A stretch of 64,000 bases of DNA from Candidatus Adlerbacteria bacterium (lineage in GTDB: Bacteria; Patescibacteriota; Minisyncoccia; Phycocordibacterales; SBAW01): assembly GCA_027451965.1 (NCBI GenBank), contig DAIDHJ010000001.1, forward strand, positions 251,276 to 315,275, given 5' to 3'. The notes beneath the pieces were generated by a model. The model ran no database searches and was not told the DNA's origin. It saw only the letters and a program-made list of their open reading frames with translations. Positions 36,026-46,005 of this stretch are shown piece after piece (the first letter of the stretch is position 1; each line of letters opens with the position of its first letter). Made by a program: the position numbers and the translations under genes.

Positions 36026-36708
36026 TAATCCCGTTCAGGCAGTTTTATTCGCTCGGTGAACATGAGGAGCGCAATAATACCAATCCAGATGCAGAAAAAG
36101 ACGAAAAACGTTCCGCTGCTGCCTGCTTTGAGTATAAAAAAGTTGAAGTATGCATGCAACAAGATCGCAAGGATAAGTCCGCCCAGTGCCGCTAGTCTGC
36201 GCACAGAAGCAGGTGCGTAATAGGTGAGTCCTAGTGCGATGCCGATGACGCCAGAAGCAAGCGTATGCACTAGCGTAGCACCAATGAAACGTAAATCGCC
36301 GGTTGCTACCGCGCGCAACAGATTGCCATCCATGATGGATGGCATAAGAAATAAGGTATTTTCTACAAATGAAAAGCCCAGTGCGGCGGTTACCAAATAG
36401 ATGAGGCCGGAAAGCGGTTCATCAAACACCGGCAAACGCAGCGCTGCCAGATATGCGGCGCCAAATTTCAATAGTTCTTCTATTGCTGCCCAGGAAAGGT
36501 ACAAACCAAACCCCGTCGCGAACGATTCCGCATACTGTTCGAGAGGAAGGGCGAGTGCTACGGCAAGCATGCCGAGTGCAAACGAATAGAAAATGTAGCG
36601 TTTCGGCTCTGGGTCGCACCGATCTTCAAGCAGCCAGAAGCCAAGCCAGATCCCAGTCGGTGCAATACCGGCAAGAAACGCAATGAGAAAAGCTATCGGT
36701 GCAGTCAT
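36019..36708 (-). CDS. PrsW-family intramembrane metalloprotease
   Basis: AAIEELLKFGAAY (EExxK), FSFVENTLF (FxxxEN) and HAYFNF (HxxxN) motifs within a 7-TM protein. Confidence 0.65.
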   Translation of the reverse strand: MTAPIAFLIAFLAGIAPTGIWLGFWLLEDRCDPEPKRYIFYSFALGMLAVALALPLEQYAESFATGFGLYLSWAAIEELLKFGAAYLAALRLPVFDEPLSGLIYLVTAALGFSFVENTLFLMPSIMDGNLLRAVATGDLRFIGATLVHTLASGVIGIALGLTYYAPASVRRLAALGGLILAILLHAYFNFFILKAGSSGTFFVFFCIWIGIIALLMFTERIKLPERDYC

Positions 36709-36732
36709 CCTTCCTGCAGTATACCGCAGTCT

Positions 36733-38904
36733 TTATGCACTATGCGGCCACTGTGCAACCATGAGAAGTTCCGTATGTTCCGGCAGACTGCTCCAAATCT
36801 CTTCGGTGATAAACGGCATAAGCGGATGCAAGAGCATGAGGCAGCGCGAGAGCATGGTGCGCAGTGTCCACCCGCGCGAGCACTTCGCCGCTTCGTCTGT
36901 TCCTTTCAGAATCGGCTTACTTGCCTCAAGGATCTCACTTGCAAAACGATCCCATAGGTAATGATAGATAAGCTCCACAACAATTGAAATACGATACTGT
37001 TCAAACTGTTCTGTTATATCTGCTGCAAGGCGATCTATTTCTGCAAGCAGTACCGCATCTTCTGGGGTGAGTGGCGGTTGTTCCAATTGCGTCTCCTTTG
37101 TGTGTTCAAGGACAAACCGGGTAATATTCCATAATTTGTTCCCAAATAACTTGTATCCCTTTACTCGCTGTTCATCAAAGGTAATGTCATTTCCTGCGGC
37201 GGCACTCACCAACAAACTCATACGAAGTGCATCAGCTCCATACTTTGTGATCATATCGAGTGGATCAATACCATTCCCCGCTGATTTACTAAATTTTTTT
37301 CCATGTTTATCTCGCACAATGCCATGAAACATTACCGTTTTAAAAGGAATTTGACCCAAATGGAATCCGCTCATGAGAATCATGCGTGAGACCCATAGAT
37401 AGAGAAGTTCATACCCAGGAGAGAGGAACGATGTCGGATGAAATGTTTCAAGGTCTTTCGTGTGTTCCGGCCAGCCAAGTGTAGAAAAGGTCCATAGCGC
37501 CGATGAAAACCACGTATCAAGCACGTCAGGGTCTTGCGCCCAGCCATTTTCGGCAGGCGCTGTAAGTCCGCAGTACACTTCATCGTCGCGATACCACACA
37601 GGGATGCGATGACCGAACCAGATCTGTCGCGAGATACACCAGTCTCGTAAATGCTCAATCCAATGAAAATATGATTTTCTGAATCGATCGGGAAACATGT
37701 TGATCGCGCCGCTTTCCACGCTCTGCAACATGATCTGTTTGAGCGTTGTTTCTGTTCCCGATGCAATACCAGGGATTTCAGAATGAGAAAGCACGAACGG
37801 TTTATCCACGTCAATGAACCATTGTAATTTCGGTAATGGTTCCACAATACCCCCTGTCCGTTCCGCGGTAGAGATGTTCTGATCTATCTCTATCTCATTC
37901 TCTAAAAGTCCTTCATTGGTAAGCCACTGAATTACTAACTCTCGCGCTTCCGTTGTCTTTTTATCTTTCAGACGTCCATCAACCATCATGCGCGCGTATT
38001 CATTGATCACCTGCGGGCGGGGAAGATCGTGGCGGTCTGCAATTTCCCAATCAGCCATGCTATGCGCCGGAGTCACTCCGAGCGCCCCTGTTCCGAATTC
38101 CTGTTCAACGCTTGAGTCGGCAACGATCTGGATATGCAGCGGCACATCACAAAACACCACATCATATTCTTTGCCGATAAATGCTTGATACCGCGGATCA
38201 TCGGGATGTACGGCAACCGCAACATCGCCCACCTTTGTTTCTGGGCGGGTAGTTGCGATGGCAATCGGAAAATCCTTTGCATATTTGAAGGTATACAATT
38301 TTGCTTTCCGCGTTTCATACACGATTTCATCGTCAGAAATGGTGGTTTGTCCTTTTGGATCCCAGTTGATGATCCGATTGCCGCGGTAAATGAGGCCTGC
38401 TTCATACATGCGGACAAACGCAGTCATGACTGCGTTTGTACGTTTTTCATCAAGGGTATACGCATATCGCGACCAATCCAGTGACGCGCCCATTTGGCGT
38501 ACCTGGGCAAGAATGGTGTGCTCGCTTCCTTTTGCGAATGCTTCAACCTGGCGTACCAGTTCTTCGCGGCCGATGTCATGCCGACTTTTGCCTTCACTTT
38601 TTTGTATATTCTTCTCCACGCGAGCCTGAGTTGCGATTGCAGCAGAGTCAGTGCCCGGGATCCACAGTACTTTTTTACCTTGCATACGTTGATACCGGAC
38701 AATGGTGTCTTGCAATGCATCTTCGTATGCATGTCCCAAATGGAGCACTCCAGTTACGTTTGGCGGAGGAAGTACCACACAAAACGGTTCCGTTCTATTT
38801 CCAGGAAGCGTGTCGGGGTTAAAATAGCCACTTTGTTCCCATCGAGTATAGATAGGACCTTCTACCTGTGTGTGATCGTAGGGTTTGAGAAATTTTTCAG
38901 GCAT
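36733..38904 (-). CDS. valS: valyl-tRNA synthetase (short form)
   Basis: PPPNVTGVLHLGHA (HIGH region) and KFSKSAGN (KMSKS). ValRS-type editing/CP1 region. Start set at MPEKFLKPYD (38904), since the ORF-track start at 38988 overlaps tsaD. About 723 aa, without the usual C-terminal coiled-coil extension. Confidence 0.85.
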   Translation of the reverse strand: MPEKFLKPYDHTQVEGPIYTRWEQSGYFNPDTLPGNRTEPFCVVLPPPNVTGVLHLGHAYEDALQDTIVRYQRMQGKKVLWIPGTDSAAIATQARVEKNIQKSEGKSRHDIGREELVRQVEAFAKGSEHTILAQVRQMGASLDWSRYAYTLDEKRTNAVMTAFVRMYEAGLIYRGNRIINWDPKGQTTISDDEIVYETRKAKLYTFKYAKDFPIAIATTRPETKVGDVAVAVHPDDPRYQAFIGKEYDVVFCDVPLHIQIVADSSVEQEFGTGALGVTPAHSMADWEIADRHDLPRPQVINEYARMMVDGRLKDKKTTEARELVIQWLTNEGLLENEIEIDQNISTAERTGGIVEPLPKLQWFIDVDKPFVLSHSEIPGIASGTETTLKQIMLQSVESGAINMFPDRFRKSYFHWIEHLRDWCISRQIWFGHRIPVWYRDDEVYCGLTAPAENGWAQDPDVLDTWFSSALWTFSTLGWPEHTKDLETFHPTSFLSPGYELLYLWVSRMILMSGFHLGQIPFKTVMFHGIVRDKHGKKFSKSAGNGIDPLDMITKYGADALRMSLLVSAAAGNDITFDEQRVKGYKLFGNKLWNITRFVLEHTKETQLEQPPLTPEDAVLLAEIDRLAADITEQFEQYRISIVVELIYHYLWDRFASEILEASKPILKGTDEAAKCSRGWTLRTMLSRCLMLLHPLMPFITEEIWSSLPEHTELLMVAQWPHSA

Positions 38905-38918
38905 GCAGCCAATATACG

Positions 38919-39989
38919 TTATTTTGCTTCGGTAATCGAGAGGTTGCCGATTGCGCGAATCTGAACAGGAGGATGCTCTGTGTTCCACATACGGCGTAAA
39001 AAACGAACCAACGCCGCCTCTGCAATCATGACAGCGTTGTCTCCAGTAATGGAGAGTTCCGGCAGTTTGAGTGTTACCGTAGGGAATTCTTCTGCCAGTA
39101 GGCGTTCAAGTGCGGTACGAATATGCAGGTTTGCTGCTACACCGCCGCCGATAACAAATGTGCGGGCGTGAGAAAGGGCGAGCGCTCGCCGTGTTTTTGC
39201 AACAAACACATCGGTAACAGCATCTTCAAATTCTCTAGCAAATCCCATCCGCTCTTGCTCTGATATGGTTCCATGATCGCGCAATGCATAGAGCATTGCT
39301 GTTTTGAGTCCTGAAAATGACACATCACAGGTCTCCATGTGCACCATGGGGCGGGGAAGTGATTTCGGTGCAGTAAGGTTTTGTATGCGCGCTTCTTTTG
39401 CCAATCGGGAGATATGCGGTCCTCCCGGATAGGGGAGATCCAGCATGCGTGCCACCTTATCAAATGCTTCTCCCACCGCGTCATCGCGTGTTTCACCGAT
39501 GATGGCATACGTAAACCATTCAGACATCACTGTAAATTCGCTATGGCCTCCAGAGATGAGCAATCCCAATACCGGAAGAGCAATATCAGACAATATTCCT
39601 TGCTCCACTAGAGAAGAAATGAGATGTCCTTCCAGGTGATTCACACCAAACAGCGGTTTGTGCCACTCTTGTGCCAGCGTTTGGGCGAAGGTAACACCGC
39701 TCCAGAGTGCCGGCTCCAATCCAGGCCCTTGTGTTACTACGATCGCTCCTATTGTTTCTGGAATAGTGCGAGCTTCTTGCAACGCTTCCTCTAGGAGGAG
39801 CGGAAGATTTTTTTCATGTTCCCGTTTTGCCAGAGTCGGGTAGACTCCTCCAAAGGAAGCGTGGAGCGACGCTTGGGAAAAAAGTGTGTTACTCAGCACC
39901 TGAAAACGAATCTCAGTGCCTTCTTTTTCTCCTTCCACTATAGCGATCCCTGTTTCATCGCACGATGTTTCGATGGCCAAAATGCGCAT
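38919..39989 (-). CDS. tsaD: tRNA N6-adenosine threonylcarbamoyltransferase TsaD (Kae1/YgjD)
   Basis: MRILAIETSCDETGIAIVEG N-terminus, metal-binding HLEGH and the GGVAAN motif. Confidence 0.85.
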   Translation of the reverse strand: MRILAIETSCDETGIAIVEGEKEGTEIRFQVLSNTLFSQASLHASFGGVYPTLAKREHEKNLPLLLEEALQEARTIPETIGAIVVTQGPGLEPALWSGVTFAQTLAQEWHKPLFGVNHLEGHLISSLVEQGILSDIALPVLGLLISGGHSEFTVMSEWFTYAIIGETRDDAVGEAFDKVARMLDLPYPGGPHISRLAKEARIQNLTAPKSLPRPMVHMETCDVSFSGLKTAMLYALRDHGTISEQERMGFAREFEDAVTDVFVAKTRRALALSHARTFVIGGGVAANLHIRTALERLLAEEFPTVTLKLPELSITGDNAVMIAEAALVRFLRRMWNTEHPPVQIRAIGNLSITEAK

Positions 39990-39999
39990 AGTTCGATAG

Positions 40000-40072
40000 T
40001 GCACGCTGAGGGACTCGAACCCCCGGCCCTTCCCACGTCAAGGGAATGCTCTACCAACTGAGCTAAGCGTGC
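40000..40072 (-). tRNA. tRNA-Val (GAC)
   Basis: Reverse complement gives acceptor GCACGCT/AGCGTGC, D-arm GCTC-AGTTGGTA-GAGC, anticodon arm TTCCC-TTGACGT-GGGAA, T-loop TTCGAGT. Confidence 0.8.
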
Positions 40073-40123
40073 AGATGAGTCAACTCTAGCGAGTTTTTTT
40101 CAAAAAGCAACCGTATAAAGCCC

Positions 40124-41941
40124 TTGTGCTATAGTGCGTTGGTGAGTACTGAAAACGCAAAAGAACCTATTATTACAACGCATGGATTGCACACGGGAGC
40201 CCGTGTCCTGTGGCGCTATATTCGTATATATCGCCGGGAAATTGTCTTTATCACGATTCTCGGAGTGATTGCGGCTGTGGCAAATGCGACTGTTCCGTAC
40301 ATCGCCGGAAAGTTTTTCGATGCGATTATCACTCCGTCTCATATACAGCTGTTTGGACGCGTGTGGCCCTTGTATGCAGTGCTCCTTGCATTGTGGGCGG
40401 TCATACAACTCATCAATTCTCTCATGAATTGGCAGATTAATATTCGCAGTGAAAACTTTTCGAATACCGTGTGGGTGGATTATTGGTCTGCTGGTATTTC
40501 CAAAATACTGGAACTCCCCATGGCTTTCCATAAGGCAAAGAAAATAGGGGAAACAGAAGAGAAAATAAACCGCGCCTCAGGACAGCTGGAAACGATTGTA
40601 GGACAAATTGTCATTGATCTTACGCCGCAATTTCTCTCTATATTCGTGGTCATAGCGATTGGCCTTACCATAAGCTACTTGCTCACTCTAGCGCTCATCA
40701 TTGGTATTGTGCTGTATGTCATTATTTTGTTGCGCACGGTTCGTCCTATAGCTGAATTACAACGAGAATATCAAAAAAATCTATTTCGAGCCTATGGCGA
40801 CAGTTATGAACTGATGGGTAATGTAGCTACCGTCAAGCAGGCGGTTTCAGAAGCATATGAACGCAACCGTATCCTCACTCTCCTAAAAGGACCAGTACTC
40901 ACGCTCTGGAATAAAATGAACTTTATTTGGAGCAATCTTTCGCTTGCACAAGCAGTTATTATTCTTGCTACACAGCTCACTATTTTTATTATTTCTATCG
41001 CTCTGATTACCAAAGGAGTCATCACGATAGGAAATCTTCTGGCATTCAATGCCTATGCAACTATGGTATTCGGACCATTCGTGGTAGTGGGAAGACAATG
41101 GCAGACGATCCAAAATGGGTTGGTGCAGCTGGAAGAAGCGGAAAAAATTCTTGCCGAACCGTCTGAACAGTATGCGCCGGCAGGAGGCGATATTGGAGAA
41201 TTGCATGGTGATGTAGTGTTCAATCACGTTTCATTCGCGTATGAAGGCAATAGGCCGATATTGCAAGACGTATCATTCTCCGTACATGCAGGTCAATCGG
41301 TCGCCCTTGTAGGTGAATCGGGTGTGGGAAAATCGACTCTTATTGATCTTATTTCTGGATTTCATTTTCCCAATACGGGGGAAGTGCTCATAGACGGAAG
41401 ACCAACAAATACGCTCAATCTGAAGCAACTGCGTCAGCAGATTGGTGTAGTACCGCAAGAGGTTGTCCTCTTTAATGATACGATCAGAAACAACATTCGT
41501 TACGGCTCGTTTTCTGCTAGTGACACAGAAGTGCATGAAGCGGCAAAAGAAGCTTATGCACAGGATTTTATTCTGAAATTTCCGGATACCTGGGAGCAGT
41601 TGGTCGGCGAGCGAGGAGTGAAGCTCTCCGTAGGGCAGAAACAGCGGGTCGCAATTGCACGAGCGATACTGCGACATCCACGTATTCTGGTGTTGGATGA
41701 GCCTACCTCGGCCCTTGATGCGGGATCTGAACGGGCGGTGACTGAATCGCTGGAACGACTGATGAAAGGAAAAACTACTTTTATTATTGCGCACCGGCTT
41801 TCTACCGTACGGCGCGCTGATCTTATTTTAGTAATCAAAGACGGTCGTATCATTGAATCGGGTTCGCATGAAGAATTGCTGAGTAAAGAGGAAGGGGAAT
41901 ATCGCAGGCTCTATGAGCTGCAAATAGGATTACACGCATAA
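40124..41941 (+). CDS. ABC transporter, fused permease/ATP-binding protein (MsbA/multidrug-exporter type)
   Basis: Six-TM N-terminal domain, then an NBD with Walker A GESGVGKST, signature LSVGQKQRVAIARA, Walker B ILVLDEPTSALD and an H-loop IIAHRL. Confidence 0.8.
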   Translation: MCYSALVSTENAKEPIITTHGLHTGARVLWRYIRIYRREIVFITILGVIAAVANATVPYIAGKFFDAIITPSHIQLFGRVWPLYAVLLALWAVIQLINSLMNWQINIRSENFSNTVWVDYWSAGISKILELPMAFHKAKKIGETEEKINRASGQLETIVGQIVIDLTPQFLSIFVVIAIGLTISYLLTLALIIGIVLYVIILLRTVRPIAELQREYQKNLFRAYGDSYELMGNVATVKQAVSEAYERNRILTLLKGPVLTLWNKMNFIWSNLSLAQAVIILATQLTIFIISIALITKGVITIGNLLAFNAYATMVFGPFVVVGRQWQTIQNGLVQLEEAEKILAEPSEQYAPAGGDIGELHGDVVFNHVSFAYEGNRPILQDVSFSVHAGQSVALVGESGVGKSTLIDLISGFHFPNTGEVLIDGRPTNTLNLKQLRQQIGVVPQEVVLFNDTIRNNIRYGSFSASDTEVHEAAKEAYAQDFILKFPDTWEQLVGERGVKLSVGQKQRVAIARAILRHPRILVLDEPTSALDAGSERAVTESLERLMKGKTTFIIAHRLSTVRRADLILVIKDGRIIESGSHEELLSKEEGEYRRLYELQIGLHA

Positions 41942-41963
41942 AAAGAGTAGCGCTCAAGGCTCT

Positions 41964-42644
41964 TTAGTAGTGAGAGATGCCTTCGGTAGCTGGTTCTCCC
42001 ACCTCAAGCACTACAAACGTTTTTATGCTCCCATCAATCCATTTTCCACGTGCAATGCCAACTCCTGCGTCGGTATATACACTATTATCAATACTTTTTA
42101 AGGAAGCAGGGTCGTGTTCCCATGCACTTGCTACGGTAATTGGTGTATCGAACCCCAATGCAAGCGTTTCTCCTACGTTCTCTTCTCCGACGCTATATTG
42201 TGGATTTGCTTGAAAGATATCCTTACCATCTGCATTCAGATGTCCATAATATTGCCGACTTGCCATATCGTCAGCCTTTAGCTGTGCCATGTGCATGAGC
42301 GCTGCATTTGAGGTTAATGCAGGCAATCCTTGTGCAAATCGATAGGTATTAATCTGCTCGAGAAGACTCTGTGGCGTGAGAGTTTCGTAGGATCCGGAAG
42401 CGATTAAATCTGAGGGAGTGGTGGTGCGGAAGTAGGCAATACTGCCAACGATGAGGGCAAGCAACGCTCCTGTATACACATAACGTTTGTATGCTGCATC
42501 ATGTACGAAATAAATGTCATTGTGCCACTGCCGGTAGGGAAATATCTCCCAATTAGGAGAAAGTATTACGTCTAAGGCGATAGAATCATGCTTTGTGTTC
42601 TCCCGATGAAGAAATGTTTTTGGTGTGATAGTATACGATGTCAT
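41964..42644 (-). CDS. membrane-anchored CAP (SCP/PR-1-like, YkwD-type) domain protein
   Basis: TM anchor, then LEQINTYRFAQGLPALTSNAALMHMAQLKADDMASRQYYGHL ... VGENV ... ASAWEHDPAS typical of the CAP domain. Start at 42644; the ORF-track start at 42791 runs through tRNA-Ser. Confidence 0.55.
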   Translation of the reverse strand: MTSYTITPKTFLHRENTKHDSIALDVILSPNWEIFPYRQWHNDIYFVHDAAYKRYVYTGALLALIVGSIAYFRTTTPSDLIASGSYETLTPQSLLEQINTYRFAQGLPALTSNAALMHMAQLKADDMASRQYYGHLNADGKDIFQANPQYSVGEENVGETLALGFDTPITVASAWEHDPASLKSIDNSVYTDAGVGIARGKWIDGSIKTFVVLEVGEPATEGISHY

Positions 42645-42681
42645 TCTTTTTATTATCGCATGTACAGGTACTGCATAAGAG

Positions 42682-42768
42682 CGGAGAGGGTGGGATTTGA
42701 ACCCACGATCCAGTTTCCCGGATGCCGCATTTCGAGTGCGGTGCCTTCGACCACTCAGCCACCTCTCC
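42682..42768 (-). tRNA. tRNA-Ser (CGA)
   Basis: Reverse complement gives acceptor GGAGAGG/CCTCTCC, anticodon arm CCGCA-CTCGAAA-TGCGG, long variable arm, T-arm TGGGT-TCAAATC-CCACC. 87 nt. Confidence 0.8.
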
Positions 42769-42823
42769 AAAAACACCAGCAACCATAGCATTTTTTTCTA
42801 AATTCAGCTATAGTTTTGATGCA

Positions 42824-42895
42824 GGCCCTATCGTCTAACGGTTAGGACAGCGCCCTTTCACGGCGTAAATCCGGGTTCGATTCCCGGTAGGGTCG
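42824..42895 (+). tRNA. tRNA-Glu (TTC)
   Basis: GTCTAACGGTTAGGAC D-arm, anticodon arm GCGCC-CTTTCAC-GGCGT, T-arm CCGGG-TTCGATT-CCCGG. Very similar to canonical bacterial tRNA-Glu. Confidence 0.8.
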
Positions 42896-42922
42896 CTATT
42901 TAATTAAGAATATACCTTATCT

Positions 42923-43228
42923 ATGCAAGAAAATGATACAAACAGAGCGTCACATATTTTAGGTACTTCTTCTACGCTCCTGGGTTTTTCTTTTGTCGTA
43001 CTTGTTGATCTTCATGCCGTCGGTCTTGCTCGCAATGGAATCATCGCGAAAATGTCTGCCTTTTGTATTGGTATATTTGCTATTAGTACATTTCTTTCCT
43101 ATGCATCTATTCATGCAAAAACGAAAGGGAGAGGATATCGTTTAGAGGCATTAGCAAGCTATATTTTCCTCAGTGGATTATTGCTTCTTATAATTGCCGC
43201 CTTGCTTCTCTCTTTAAATGTCATGTAA
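42923..43228 (+). CDS. hypothetical membrane protein (3 TM helices)
   Basis: 101-aa ORF with three hydrophobic segments. No motif. Confidence 0.35.
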   Translation: MQENDTNRASHILGTSSTLLGFSFVVLVDLHAVGLARNGIIAKMSAFCIGIFAISTFLSYASIHAKTKGRGYRLEALASYIFLSGLLLLIIAALLLSLNVM

Positions 43229-43318
43229 TAAGGCTTTCTACTGTGCCAGGTAGTGATGCACCAAAAATGTATATACTACGTATACCTATATAGATAACTG
43301 TTCATAAGGAGTAAGTCA

Positions 43319-43708
43319 TTGTTCCGTTTTGTGTTACTGTTTGGACTTCTGCTCTCTCTTCTTGTTAATGGGAAGGCGGAGGCGCATACAGTACCTGTAG
43401 CGCATAAAACCCACTATTGGATGTTGGCTAGTTGGTATAATCTTCCTGGTCGCACCATGGCGGATGGTAAGATCTTCAAAGAAGGAGATCCGACGATTGC
43501 AGCTAATCTTAGCCTACCCTTCGGGACTGTTCTTTGGGTAAAGAATCCTCATACAGGTAAGGTATTAAAAGTTATCGTACAAGACAGAGGACCCGCACGT
43601 CGGACCGGCCGACAGCTTGATCTATCTGAAGCGGCTGCCAATATTCTTGGGTATACCCTCGCTGGGGTAGTACATTTAGAAGTTGTTGCTATGCAGCCGC
43701 CAAAGTAG
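43319..43708 (+). CDS. RlpA-like double-psi beta-barrel (DPBB) domain protein
   Basis: Signal peptide, then ASWYNLPGRTMADGKIF...AANLSLPFGTVLWVKNPHTGKVLKVIVQDRGP....RQLDLSEAAANILG. Apparent TTG start with an AAGGAG RBS 7 nt upstream. Confidence 0.65.
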   Translation: MFRFVLLFGLLLSLLVNGKAEAHTVPVAHKTHYWMLASWYNLPGRTMADGKIFKEGDPTIAANLSLPFGTVLWVKNPHTGKVLKVIVQDRGPARRTGRQLDLSEAAANILGYTLAGVVHLEVVAMQPPK

Positions 43709-43738
43709 TAACAAATTAAGTATTTTTTCTTTTTCCAT

Positions 43739-43768
43739 CCCCCGATTTATTCGGGGGTTATTTTTTTG
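43739..43768 (+). terminator. intrinsic terminator
   Basis: cccccga / tcggggg with a ttta loop, followed by ttattttttt. Confidence 0.6.
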
Positions 43769-44687
43769 CTTGCAGGTAATAAAAAATATCTTCAAGAGCC
43801 TTCACTGCATCGCCCGCAGCAATATTGTTTTGATGGTACAGCCCATCCGAGCAGTCGCCGGCCGCCCATATGCCTTCGAGGGAAGTGCGCTGATTTTTTG
43901 GATCTACTTTAATAAATCCATTTTGGTCTTTTGCCACGAGATCGCCCACAAAGGCAGTGGCAGGTATAGCACCAATTTCTACAAATATGCCGGTCACTGG
44001 TACTTCGGTGATCTCTCCAGTTTTTTCATTTTTTACGAATATTTTTTGTACAAATGCCTCTCCTTGGATTTCAATAGGAGAGGAATCAGTCAGTACATGC
44101 ATATTGGGATGAGCGACCACCGCCTTCACAGTAAGCTGATCCGCTTTTGCAAAATCACTATGGCGATGGATGAGCGTGACGCTTTTGGTATAGGCGAGCA
44201 GTTGTGCGGCTGATTCAAAACCGGCATTACCGCCACCGACCACTGCTACATCCTGTCCGGCAAACAACGGACCATCACAGGAGGCACAGTAGGTAAGCCC
44301 TTTGTTTTCAAATTGGTCTGCGCCGGGAATCACAAGCTTGCGCCGGGAACCACCGGTAGCGATGAGGAGTGCGCGAGCAGTATATGCTCCCTTGCTTGTT
44401 TCTACCGCAAACCCTTCTGGCGTTTTTCGTACGCTTGTTGCTCGTTCTCCAATTTGGAGTGTGAGCACATCGTCAGCATACGCACGCAGATGTGTTTCAA
44501 GCTGCTTTGCGAGATCATTGCCTGCTATTTTTTCTGTACCAATCCAATTCTGAACTTCCAAGGAATCGGTGCTTTGTCCACCTATAGTCTCTGCAATAAA
44601 AACAGTGTGAAGACGTTTACGCGCAGCGTAGACTCCAGCGGCAACGCCGGCAGGACCGCCGCCAATAATCGCAAGGTCGTATACCAT
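43758..44687 (-). CDS. trxB: thioredoxin-disulfide reductase
   Basis: IIGGGPAG FAD site, redox-active CASCDG, and NADPH site VVGGGNAG. About 309 aa. Confidence 0.85.
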   Translation of the reverse strand: MVYDLAIIGGGPAGVAAGVYAARKRLHTVFIAETIGGQSTDSLEVQNWIGTEKIAGNDLAKQLETHLRAYADDVLTLQIGERATSVRKTPEGFAVETSKGAYTARALLIATGGSRRKLVIPGADQFENKGLTYCASCDGPLFAGQDVAVVGGGNAGFESAAQLLAYTKSVTLIHRHSDFAKADQLTVKAVVAHPNMHVLTDSSPIEIQGEAFVQKIFVKNEKTGEITEVPVTGIFVEIGAIPATAFVGDLVAKDQNGFIKVDPKNQRTSLEGIWAAGDCSDGLYHQNNIAAGDAVKALEDIFYYLQAKK

Positions 44688-44691
44688 TTGG

Positions 44692-45918
44692 CTATTTTAT
44701 CTTAGGTCGTCGAAGGAATGAAGGCACTACGCCCCATTCATCCTCTTCATCCTCTTCTTTCTTTGAAAGTTTGAGTTTTGATTCTGGTTGTTTCTCTTCC
44801 TCCTTTTCTTTTTCTTTCACAATATCTTTTATAGACGCGACTGGAGTTGGTGTGGGGGCAGGAGTATTGAAGATCTTTCCCACCAATGGGGTTTCTTTCT
44901 CTTCCTTCTCTCGTTCACCAGCAAATGTTGAAAAGAGGGATGCGCCTCGCGCTGGTGTTCCAGATGTTGGAAAGCCAGTAGCAATGACCGTAACGCGCAC
45001 GTCGTCTTTCTTCAGCTTGTCGTCCTTGATAGCGCCAAAGATGATCTTTGCATTCGGGTCGACTGATTCGGTAATAATCTTTGCTGCTTCATGCACTTCT
45101 ATCATGCCAAGGTCATCACCACCGGCAATAGCAAAGAGCACCCCCTTTGCACCGTTGATAGAGAGCTCAAGGAGCGGGGAAGAAACAGCTGCTTTCGCTG
45201 CCGTTTGTGCTCGGTTTTCACCGGAAGCAATGCCGATACCCATAAGCGCCGAACCGGCGTTTTGCATGACCGCTCGTATGTCGGCAAAGTCAACATTGAT
45301 AATGCCCGGATGGGTGATGAGATCGGAAATACCTTCCACCGCCTGCTTCAGCACATCATCGCACATAGCAAACGCATCTTTCAATGTGGTGTTTTTTTCA
45401 ACGGTTGCGAGTAGTCGGTCGTTTGGAATCACGATAAGAGCGTCGACTTCCTTGCGCAGTTCATCAAGTCCTTGTTCAGCAATACGCATGCGCTGCTGCC
45501 CTTCGAATGAGAATGGTTTGGTTACTACACCAACGGTAAGTGCCCCTAATTCCTTTGCGACATTAGCAACAACTGGCGCTGCACCAGTTCCGGTACCGCC
45601 ACCCATACCACAGGCAACAAACACCATGTCCGATCCCTTGAGTGCCTGCTGTATTTCTTCCTTTGTTTCTTCTGCTGCACGCTTTCCGACATCCGGATTC
45701 ATGCCAGCGCCGAGTCCGCGGGTAAGATTTTTCCCGATATGAATTTTTTTCTTTGCAAGTGACTGGTGCAAGTCCTGTGCATCAGTGTTGACGCTGATAA
45801 AATCAACGCCGCGCATCTTACTTTCCACCATGTGATTGATGGCATTTCCTCCTGAGCCTCCGACACCGACGACACGAATCCGAGCGAATGCTTCTACTTC
45901 TGGTTGTACTTGCGGCAT
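44692..45918 (-). CDS. ftsZ: cell division GTPase FtsZ
   Basis: [13 protein letters not shown] ... [11 protein letters not shown] tubulin signature. Acidic/Lys-rich C-terminal linker and tail. Confidence 0.95.
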   Translation of the reverse strand: MPQVQPEVEAFARIRVVGVGGSGGNAINHMVESKMRGVDFISVNTDAQDLHQSLAKKKIHIGKNLTRGLGAGMNPDVGKRAAEETKEEIQQALKGSDMVFVACGMGGGTGTGAAPVVANVAKELGALTVGVVTKPFSFEGQQRMRIAEQGLDELRKEVDALIVIPNDRLLATVEKNTTLKDAFAMCDDVLKQAVEGISDLITHPGIINVDFADIRAVMQNAGSALMGIGIASGENRAQTAAKAAVSSPLLELSINGAKGVLFAIAGGDDLGMIEVHEAAKIITESVDPNAKIIFGAIKDDKLKKDDVRVTVIATGFPTSGTPARGASLFSTFAGEREKEEKETPLVGKIFNTPAPTPTPVASIKDIVKEKEKEEEKQPESKLKLSKKEEDEEDEWGVVPSFLRRPKIK

Positions 45919-46005
45919 ATACGTTAGTTAATCCCCTAAATGGTATGACTCACTCTACCACCTGAAGAGGAAGAGGTGCAACAATTTGACAGAAGAACTC
46001 TTCCG

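Noticed and set aside
44771-45742. 323-aa + strand ORF
   Set aside because: Antisense to ftsZ. Ser/Ala/Pro-rich shadow ORF.
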